Positions 54,457 to 64,000 of a DNA stretch of 64,000 nucleotides are shown in pieces. The notes under the pieces are model-generated. The model made no database searches, was not told the DNA's origin, and was given only the letters and a program-made list of their open reading frames with translations. Within the stretch, counting starts at the first letter, position 1, and the number at the start of each line of letters is the position of its first letter. Origin of the DNA: Rhizophagus irregularis (lineage: Eukaryota). The translations under genes and the position numbers were made by a program. The stretch lies in NCBI RefSeq assembly GCF_026210795.1, contig NC_089431.1, positions 1,736,001 through 1,800,000 on the forward strand. Direction: 5' to 3'.

Positions 54457-57173
54457 TTTTTTTTTTTTTTTTTTTTTTAAAACTGTAATGCATCTTTATT
54501 AGGATTTATAGTCAAATAACTTATCCTAAATTACAGGATACTTAGAGCCGACCGTGCTAAACATGTGACAACCCTATAACAGAGTAATCGAACAAAACAA
54601 AAAGAAACATTACAGAAAATTAATAAAATAAATATACTACCTGAAAATAAAATGCCTAAAGCTAGCAAACTATACTATTTGTGAAACCTAACTATATTGA
54701 ATTCTAAATTTTAAAGTGTAGGATTAAAGATGAAATGTGTAATAACGTTCAGGTCTGCCATGTGCAGCTTCAAAAGATGAGTCCCAACGGTCCCACACCC
54801 AAACAGTTTATTCCACCAAATCCCCCTTATACCTACAAAAAATAAAAGTTAGTATTCTAAACTAAGTTGAACAAGTTGAAATAAAATACATTTTTGTTGT
54901 GAATTTTTGTTATCGGAATCTTTTTTACGTGAATCACGTGACTTCGATTAAAAATATAATTCATTTCTCCTCATAAGTCTCTTTCTTCTCTCTTCACTTC
55001 TTTTTGTTGTTCTTCTTCTTCTTCTTTTTCTTTCCACTATTCTCCTTTGATGGTGATGCCTTAGGTTCTACTTCTTTTTCCTCTATCTCTTCCTCTTCTG
55101 TGTCTTCTTCAATTCCGTAAATTGCCGATGGTGAAAAAGATATCAATTGCTCTCTTTGCCTCTGCTCCTTAACCATTTCAGTGAAAGCTTTGTTTCTTTC
55201 TTCTTCATCTTCTATCTCGCTCCATTTACTCGGCGATTCCAGAATTGGTCTCTTTTCTCCAATTTTCTTTTCATCTTGGTATCGGTTTTCATTCTCCAAT
55301 CTTTGTTTAAAATTATCGTTCATGGTTGTATATTCCTGGAATATTTTTGTTTTTTCCGCTAATCTGATAATTTTTTGTCCTAAATGGAAAAAATTATTTT
55401 TCTCCATTGCCCAATCTTTAGCTTTCTCCATTGAATCAATCTTATTCTCCTTGCTCACTAAACGCAGGGCCTCTGTATTAATTCTTTCCCATTCCATTGC
55501 GTTGGACATTTGATCGAAGACATCTTTCACTTCCATTAATTTGTCGACTAAACTACCATTGTGGGTTGATTCTTGATACTGAACATATTTGATTTTATTC
55601 GTTGTTCTGTAATCTTTTATGATATCAACCGCTTCTTCAGGCGCTACGTTATCTTTCTTCAATTGTTGCCCCTTGTTTTCTGAAGTGTCTTTATGATCTG
55701 GAGTATTCTCTTCTCCTACTCTCCATTTTTTGATCATCTCGACAACTTCGTTTTCGTCTGGTATTTTGCTAATCCTTAGTGGCTTATCCGCTTTTGATGG
55801 ATGTAATAAGCTTTCTTTTCGTGAGGCGAAGTTCCCTAATTCTCTATAAATTCTCTCCGGTGGTGTGATAGGTGTCTTCGGTTCACTTGCCAGCCGTGTA
55901 GGAGAACTCGTCCTGTTTTCCATAGCTATAACCTTTTCTTGGACTATCTTCTCTTGTGCTTTCATCACCCTGGTCCTTGCATCACCGTCTTTATATATCG
56001 TCTTCTTGTTTCTCACAAGCCAAACTCTATTGGTATCTCCTTGTATGCATGAATCCTCCACTGCTTCTTCCATTTCTTTGAGGTTCTTAAAATATCCAAT
56101 CACTTTCCAATTTTTTGTGATTTTGATAATTTTGATGAAAGCCGTCTTGGAAGTTTGTTGCAGTTTTTTCGTGAAGTCGTATGTATTTCCCTTCTTTATA
56201 GATTCCATTTCCTCATTAGTTAGGTCTCTCACAGTCTGCCATTGGTCCCGCTCTTGTCGTCCTTTCAAACCTAGTTTCGCGTCGTACCATCTGATAAAGT
56301 TTTTGCTAATACAAATACCAAAATGTCCATCCAAGAACATTTTTTCAAAGTTTTCGTTCAAAGCGATTTTTGCCTTAACGGTTTTGTATTTGTATTGTCC
56401 TCGAATTTGCAGTCTGTAAACCGTTCCTATCTTCATCAGATTTGTCCTTACGTCATCCTCGCTCCAATATTTTGGTATATCGTAGAAAAATATGTCACGT
56501 GCCTCCTTGACCTGCTGATCATTACTGGTATTTTCAGGTAAAACTGGTATCTCTAAGATTTCTTCCCATTTTCTCCTATTTGATGTCGATCTGCCTTTAT
56601 TGGATTTCTTCAGCTGATCGATTTCTTTGTTGATATCAGGCTTAACCTTTTTTAGCTCTGATCTCGTTTTCTCTACTTCTTGTGAAATTTTCCTTATGTG
56701 CTCATTTTTCTGTGATATTATTCGTTCCTGTGTTTTCTCCAACTTGCCTTTCTTATCCATCATGTGATCTTTCCTCCACAGTTCTTCTCGCAGCTTTGAA
56801 TTTTCCCATGAGAGTCTTTTTATTTCGTCTATATAGACGTCGAAAGATGTTGCTGAACACTTTAAAACTATTTCTTGTATAGTTTCTTTTCTGCGTACAG
56901 CGTCATTCCGTATTGACTCCAGGAAGTTCTGTTCTGTTTTACTGAGACTAAAGTCTCTTCGTGCTCTTTCTTGGCCTTTTACCGTAGTTCGTGAGTCCGC
57001 ACTAGAAAAATTTTTTGTTTCTTTTAGAAACCTATATCTATATTCTGTAAATTTGTATGCTGACTCCATTTTTGAGGTTTTTTATTTGGATTTTATTAAT
57101 AAAAAGGCTTGTAAAAGACGTTTTTCCTTCTGCTAAAAATTTGGGCAGAATGATCATCAGAAAGAGTCCCCCC
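54457..57173 (-). mobile_element. Full-length ORF1-only (RT-less) non-LTR retroelement
   Basis: 17-bp TSD agttacaattgaagagt (54440-54456, 57174-57190); ~23-nt poly(A) preceded by AATAAA (54495-54500); 5' end GGGGGG; a single long ORF. Confidence 0.9.
54994..57069 (-). CDS. LINE ORF1-like protein: coiled coil + RRM-like domain + charged tail, 691 aa
   Basis: Heptad-rich N-terminus; RDIFFYDIPKYWSEDDVRTNLMKIGTVYRLQI reads as an RRM beta1-alpha1-beta2; no RT (YxDD) or endonuclease motifs seen. Confidence 0.7.
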   Translation of the reverse strand: MESAYKFTEYRYRFLKETKNFSSADSRTTVKGQERARRDFSLSKTEQNFLESIRNDAVRRKETIQEIVLKCSATSFDVYIDEIKRLSWENSKLREELWRKDHMMDKKGKLEKTQERIISQKNEHIRKISQEVEKTRSELKKVKPDINKEIDQLKKSNKGRSTSNRRKWEEILEIPVLPENTSNDQQVKEARDIFFYDIPKYWSEDDVRTNLMKIGTVYRLQIRGQYKYKTVKAKIALNENFEKMFLDGHFGICISKNFIRWYDAKLGLKGRQERDQWQTVRDLTNEEMESIKKGNTYDFTKKLQQTSKTAFIKIIKITKNWKVIGYFKNLKEMEEAVEDSCIQGDTNRVWLVRNKKTIYKDGDARTRVMKAQEKIVQEKVIAMENRTSSPTRLASEPKTPITPPERIYRELGNFASRKESLLHPSKADKPLRISKIPDENEVVEMIKKWRVGEENTPDHKDTSENKGQQLKKDNVAPEEAVDIIKDYRTTNKIKYVQYQESTHNGSLVDKLMEVKDVFDQMSNAMEWERINTEALRLVSKENKIDSMEKAKDWAMEKNNFFHLGQKIIRLAEKTKIFQEYTTMNDNFKQRLENENRYQDEKKIGEKRPILESPSKWSEIEDEEERNKAFTEMVKEQRQREQLISFSPSAIYGIEEDTEEEEIEEKEVEPKASPSKENSGKKKKKKKNNKKK

Positions 57174-57350
57174 AGTTACAATTGAAGAGTCATAAATCGA
57201 AGAAAATGGAATTTTAATATAATTTATATACTTATTATTTAACATTATTAAACCAAGCATATTATTGTATTTATTTATATTATTAATAAAGAGTTATTTT
57301 GTTAATATATAAGGTGGCAACGTGATTTATCACGGGCTTAGATATTACAA

Positions 57351-58177
57351 CAAACTACCCCAAGAACATCCCAAAAAATTCTGCGTAAATCATGTGATCA
57401 TCACATATCACATGATTGAGATTAAAAGAATTATGTAATTTATATAAAAAAAATTCTGATATTCAAAAAAATCAAAGTATTTTATTATGAAACTTTTAAA
57501 GAAAACCTTTATTACTCTATTACTTTTAAAAAAGAAAATATTTCATAAATTTATTAATTTACTGCCTATCTACAAAATAAATCACTTCCGTTTATTATGA
57601 TCTTTCCAAGTGCATGGATTTGTAATCTGTCTTTCATACTTATTATTAATTCTTTTTTTGCAAATTATACCATGAAAGTTTTTCCCAACCACATAAATAT
57701 TTATTATATTGTTGTTGATGATGTGGAATTAAACGAGTAAGAAGAATATAAATTAGACATGGTCGAATAAATTTTTGAAACATTGCAATTAAAATCTACT
57801 CTACTAGTTAAATATTCATTAGTGTTGATTTCTAAAATTCTTTCAAATAGTTGTTTTGACATTTCTTCTAGAGTTAAAAGTCCTACCTCTGTGTTAGATT
57901 GATTAGATTGTTTATATTGCAAAGTAGCTTTATGACGACATATATTACAAGTTTTAATTTGCTGAGTATTTTCATTAATGAAAGCTTCTAGAGGTAAATT
58001 TTTTTGACATTTTTTACATTTTTGTAAATTACCAGTAGTTACAATATCCATATTGAAAGTGGAAAAGCGAAACTTTAATAAAAGTTTATTTAATTTATGA
58101 AAATTACGTAACTCTTTAATCTCAATCATGTGATATGTGATGATCACATGATTTACGCAGAATTTTTTGGGTAGTTG
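57351..58177 (-). mobile_element. Long-TIR (Mutator-like) deletion derivative with a CxxC...CxxC ORF fragment
   Basis: ~80-bp TIR cccaaaaaattctgcgtaaatcatgtgatcatcacatatcacatgattgagattaaa; ttacaacaa repeated at both ends; internal KCKKCQK...KTCNICR. Confidence 0.75.
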
Positions 58178-60404
58178 TTACAACAACCAATCTTTTTTTT
58201 TACTTGCCGGTAAACGAACCTATTGGGAATTTGGGATATAGAACTGTACTTGAAAATGATCTACAATTACGTACGTAGCTAATAATTAGTACAACAAAAT
58301 AATAAATAAGGAGTATTTGTATAATATATAGGTAATGGATAGCATAAAAAAATATGTATAATAGTACATTAAAGTAAGAACAAATTGCAAATCTTCATAG
58401 ATATTATTAAAAATTCTTCCGTGCAGACATAGTTTGTTTCTGTGCCAATAATATCATATTAAGCCGATTTTTTAAATCTGTCGACGTATTTCTTGAATAA
58501 ATTTTTAATATTTTTATCATAGGATTACCAATCAACTTCTTTGTTGTTTTGCACAAAATAAAGCGCGTCTTTCTCTGTTCTTTTAGAAATATAAGAAAAA
58601 ACTTATTATCTGTAATAATTTTCTCAATTTGTTTTATTCTTCTTAATGATATTCATTTAAGAATTATGTAACTATCGTAATTTATTTAATAAATTATAGA
58701 AATAATCATAATGAAATATTATTAAATATTGAATAACTCGCCTTTAATACTCCTCTTGCTTACAAAATCTTTTCCAGAATAATTTTAGAATCAAATTATC
58801 ATAAATTAAATTCAATGTAATTGGTTTTGTTTTAATTTTTAACAATACATAAAGAGGAAAGAAATTATATATGAATTTATGATATAATGTTAGCCAAAAA
58901 CACAAAACAGGGGTTCCTTGATGTACAGCAAATTAACGAAGGACGCCCCACAAATTAATGAATTTTTATTATTAAGATATAATGATTTTGTCCTAATAAA
59001 AAAAGCGAAATATAATTATTAGGAATATTGTATAACATCAATGTTATTTTCTTTGTAATTAATAACAATATATAATAAAATATTGACGTTAATAGAAGCC
59101 TAAAATTGTAAATAGAAGAAAAAATAATTATATTGTTTTTTTTTTGATAGCGAAGATTTTACACCAGTTTTAGGCTTCTTTGCTTTTGTCGGTACATATT
59201 TTTAGTTTATTTTTTCTTTATACGACTTTACACAGAAAATAATAAAGAAAACATTTTGACGCACTTCAACATATAAGACAGATTTACTTTTTACCTTTAC
59301 TCCTGGTTGTATTAGCCGAGAAGTGATCGTATAATTGTATCTTCTATTAACACTGCAATGAGTCATCCAATTTACAAGGCAATAGCGCATCAGTAACATT
59401 TATTAAATAGGAAATTGATTGCTTTCAATCGTGACTAATCAATTTCGGCAATTTTAGTATCTTTAGTATCATGAGTTCATGACTCATAATCTTATGAAGT
59501 CGCGTTGCATATAGGTAAATTTGAATCATCATGTCTCATTTAACGCGACAATTATGTAAGATGTTGATTCTAAATTCTGTATATATAGCACAGTTTTTTT
59601 TCCCCCTCATACATACTATTTCTTGTAAGTAGTATTTTTTTTCTCCTCATATTAATCCTTCTATTGGTAATGTAGCTAAGCGTTATTCTCTATCTGCTGG
59701 CTAACCTTCATCGCCGCCATCGAAAAGATTTGATACCTAGTAACTACAGGAGAGGGCCGTTCACTCACGCGGTCTTTATTTTTAGGCAGCTACACTACCT
59801 TTATCTTTTGGTTTACCTTTATTCCATTTCTTGGATCATTCATACTAAGGTTAAAGTAATAATATAGGATTATATTCTTTATTATATCCCAAGATTAATA
59901 CGTATCAATAGCATATTGGAATATATAGTAGTAAAATATAGCTTAATAGTAGTGATTTATTTCTCATATAATTTTGTTTTACTAATATGTTTCTTTCTAT
60001 TATCGGATGAAAATAAATACATGAGAAACAATAAATGGTTAGTAACCTGTAAGTTAATAATCTGGATAACATAGGAACAAAAGTTAATAATTCATTTAAA
60101 GTGATTTCTTGGATATGGTTTGATTTTATTTGCGTGTTTTTCTCTTATTAATGTAACATTTTACTAACATAATCTTTTTATATGAATGGAGAAATACCAA
60201 GGGTAGACAATACGTTTAATATGAGATATAAATAATATATGGAGGAGTATTGTTGATTTTAAATATGTTACTGGACAAATTTAAAATAAATTGTTTGCCA
60301 AGATAATCTTGGATACGATTTGATTTTTATTCATTTGCGATTTTTTAAACTATCTTTGTCTGGATACTGGATATACTGGATAAGTAAAAAGTGTGAAAGG
60401 ACAG

Positions 60405-61925
60405 ACAATATAGTTTGATTTGGGCAAAATATAGAGATATTTTGGAAAGATTAATTATTGGCGGTGAATACAATAGTTATTGATAATACAAGTGTGATGA
60501 AAGAAAATATAATAGTTTGTTAACAATATGGATAAATAAGAAATAGAAATATGCTGGAATTAATTGATTATAGTTGATTTGAAGATATAAAATTTAATGC
60601 TTTGGATATGGTTTTGACTTTATTATATGGAAAAACGATATATGAATAATATTTGAAGAGATTAAGCATTTGCTGAATATTTTAATTTTTAAAGAGATAA
60701 TGGAATGAGTATTAAATTTATTATTGAATAATATTTACATTTGTTGGATGAATTAAAAAATTAATATTAATTTTAGGATATGGTTTGATTTTTTTTATTT
60801 GCTTAATTTTTATAATATGACGTTTACTAATTTGATTTTTTTTTATTGCTGGACAAGTACAATAAATTTGTGGAAAGAGTAAAGATGATTATTAGTTAGT
60901 AGAATATTCCTATTTATTGATGAATTGGAGTATTGGACAAATCTTAAAATTAAAGGATTAAAATAACGGATGTGGTTTGATTTTAATTTATTTTCTTTTA
61001 TTAATATAACATTTTCTAAACACATATTTTATTGCTAGACGAAAAAAAGAATATATAGAAAATAATAATACTAAATAGGGTGATATAAATGGATAAATAT
61101 GATGATTAGATAAAGAAAAATAGAAAAGTTATTTTAAATCTGGATAAAATTAGATATAATATAAACATGTCATCACGTGACGATATGACAAAGGGATAAT
61201 TATCATCGTGAAGTAACTTTGCTTGCAGTGTCTAAAACCAACATGTAGTCATCGATTAATTCATCAATTGTTTATACTGGATTGTTTGATGTTTATTTTA
61301 TATTTTTTTTTACTTTGCTAATATAATATTTCATTACTGGACGAATTAAAAACATATGATATTATATGGAGAAGAATAGTGAAAAAAGATGAAATAAAAA
61401 CATATTACATGTCAGGTTATTACATGGATTGATTGCAAATAATTATTAAGGTCATAGAGAATAGAAACAAAATTTCATTTGGGCAAAATATAGAGACAAA
61501 TATATATTTGAAAGTTTAATTATTGGCAATGGAATAAAATAGTTGATAATACAAGTGTGATGAAAGAAAATATAATAAATTTGTTAATAATATGGATAAA
61601 TAAAGAAATAGAAATATGCTGGAATTAATTGATAGTAATAGTTGATTTGAAGATATAAAATAAATTTAAATGCTTTGGATATGGTTTTGACTTTATTATA
61701 TGGGAAAATGATATATGAATAATATTTTGAAGGGATTAATCATTTGCTGAATTTAGAATAAAAATAAAAATATGTAAGATGTTGATTATTAGTTAAAATA
61801 TTCATATTATTGAATCGGAGTAATTGTAATTGGACAAATCTTAAAATTAAAGGATTTAAATAACTTGGATGCGGTTTGATTTTAATTTATTTTCTAATAT
61901 GATATATAACATTTTCTAACATATT
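60405..61925. repeat. Dispersed direct duplications
   Basis: ~60420-60680 recurs at ~61478-61750, and ~60880-61020 recurs at ~61780-61925. Confidence 0.8.
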
Positions 61926-62333
61926 TATTTTATTATTAGACGAAAAATATATATATATATATGAAAAATAACAATGCTAAATAGCTGATATAAATGGATA
62001 AATATGATGTTCTGGACAAATTTATTGGATAAGGTAAGATACCGGTATATTACAACATTCGGATTACTTATTACATAGCTAGCTGATAAAATAAATGATA
62101 TTAACAAAATGAAAAAAATAGATACCAATTGCAAAGAACTATAAATCTATCAAACTTTTATAAAAAATTGACAACCAGGAAAATATGTGAATATTAATTA
62201 ATATAGTAAGTATCTCTAAAAGTTTGAATAAATAAAACAAGCCAAAATCACATTATCTAATTATTACTAACATTCGTTTATTCTTATTTTATTATTACTA
62301 TATAAGATCACTTGGTTTATGGTCTAATAACTA

Positions 62334-62497
62334 CCCTGTAAAAAAAGTCAACCCGTTTTTTATATTCAATCTTTTTTCCGTAAAAGGCTCATATTTCCAG
62401 AATTAATAGCCTTATATTACGGAATTTATCGAATTATTTACATTTTCCGTGAATGGATCTGTATTTACAGAAATAACGGATAAAATTTTTTATAGGG
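62334..62497. mobile_element. Short CACTA/CMC-like MITE
   Basis: Ends ccctgtaaaaaa / ttttttataggg, 3-bp TSD cta. Confidence 0.85.
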
Positions 62498-63319
62498 CTA
62501 ATAAGCAAAAGGACAACATAATGTAACATTATATACTATAGGGTTAATAGAAATCACTGAATTTATTTATGTTTTAACAGTAAGTGTATGCATGTAATAA
62601 CTGATTTTATGAGAAAATATTATTTGATAATTTAATTTCATTAAAAATTTTATTGATTTTATTCAGGCTAATTATCAAAATTTAAGGTATATTAAAATTA
62701 TTTTGGCAATGCTGCACCAACATTTTTATAAAAAATATTCATCACGCAATGAAGACCTGTATGATAAATTGTTATTCAATATTTCAATTACATTTTTATA
62801 GTAATTTATGCTTCGCAATTGACTATTAAAATGATTATAGTATATTCAAATTTGGTTAGTAAGTTTTTGCCAAAAATAAAAATTAACTGATTAAAAGTAC
62901 TAGTTGTGCAAATTATTATTTTTTTTAGGTCTCGATGCGTAGCAAAAGTATTTTGGTGACGTGGTTGAAGGTATATTGATAAGTATTGGCGAGATAAATA
63001 AATATTATATTTCTTTTCTAAAGCTTCACAGCAACAATGACTTATATGGGTAATATCTACGCTATCCACACCGCCGCATACCCCGTTATCGCTATTTATT
63101 TTTTTTCACGAAATGTGAACCCTATTGGCACAATTATTTATCACCATCATGATATCATGTTGCAATCCTAAATAGTATATTCGTTATTTTTTTTGAAATA
63201 AAATTCACTTTTAAATAAAGATATGTTTACTTAACAACGAAAGGAAATAATATTTATAAATTAAACAGGAAAAAATTTAAAAACTCATTCTTTATAATTA
63301 CAAATAACAATATGTTAAT

Positions 63320-64000
63320 TTAATAATTCAATTTAACTATTTTATTTTAAATAAATTAAAATATTTAGTAATAATATCATAATAATACAAAATGTATTTA
63401 ATAAAGAAATATAAACTTACTGCATTGATCAGATGATTGAGTAAATTCCAAAGATTCATTATTAATTTGCAATCCAGAAGTTAAATTTTCGTTATCTTTT
63501 AAGATAATGGTCATTTTTTGTCAGTATATTGTTAAAAATAATCAATAAAATATAAAAAGAAAATATATTTAATACATACCTTTAATTGACTTATTTCTAG
63601 CGTTAATCCCAAAACCCATTTTTTCAAACTCGTCTAACACATCATTGATAGTTGGTCTCCGCTCAGGTTCTTGATCCCAGCAATTTTTATAAAGTTTTTC
63701 ATATTCAATAGGAGTATCAGGAATTGTGTCTTCACGAACGCCATTGTTAATTTTATAAGGAAGTGAAGCTTTATCCCAATCTTTAAATGGAGGATATCCA
63801 CTAGAAATTTCCCACATTAATACACCAAAGCTATATATATCTGATGATTTAGTATATGGAAAATTTTGATCAAAGATACGTTTTGGTTCCATATATGAAA
63901 TAACGCCAAAATTTCCCATATAAACTGTTGATTTTGGATCATTTTGAATTTTTGAAATACCAAAATCAGTAATTTTAGCATTATGCTCATGAATAACTAT
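63320..64000 (-). CDS. 3' end of TKL kinase paralog 3 (continues beyond the window)
   Basis: IVIHEHNAKITDFGISK...SDIYSFGVLMWEISSGYPPF, with the same two terminal introns and IKLNY* end as paralog 2. Confidence 0.9.

Noticed and set aside
55147..56882. Plus-strand ORFs overlapping the 691-aa ORF
   Set aside because: Antisense shadows with no recognisable motifs
57110..57173. Hammerhead ribozyme at the retroelement 5' end (CTGATGA ... stem ... GAAA on the minus strand)
   Set aside because: The stem does not abut the core, and I could not form stems I and III around an NUH cleavage site

Overview
Very AT-rich, intron-containing eukaryotic DNA. The gene content (SEL1-repeat/tyrosine-kinase-like kinases, BTB-SPRY, GDSL esterase, a Crinkler-type nuclease relic) points to an arbuscular mycorrhizal fungus (Glomeromycotina, Rhizophagus-like); this is inference, not a database match. 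Host genes: an intronless BTB-SPRY gene (+), a multi-exon secreted GDSL/SGNH esterase (-), and a tandem cluster of three minus-strand SEL1-repeat/TKL-kinase paralogs. One paralog is a transposon-riddled pseudogene, one is a giant of about 55 repeats with a single frameshift, and one is cut by the window end. The rest is a dense transposon landscape: a hAT transposase pseudogene split by a multi-level nest of MITEs, about 20 TIR elements (many with readable target-site duplications, TSDs), Helitron remnants and a 5'-truncated LINE. The most unusual items are (1) CACTA-like CCC...GGG elements whose cargo is a tandem array of non-coding micro-exons separated by hairpin-bearing canonical introns, (2) a complete, polyadenylated, TSD-flanked retroelement encoding only an intact ORF1-like protein and no reverse transcriptase, and (3) block-wise shuffling of SEL1 repeats upstream of conserved kinase domains. 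All coordinates and alignments were read by eye, and boundaries marked approximate may be off by several bases.
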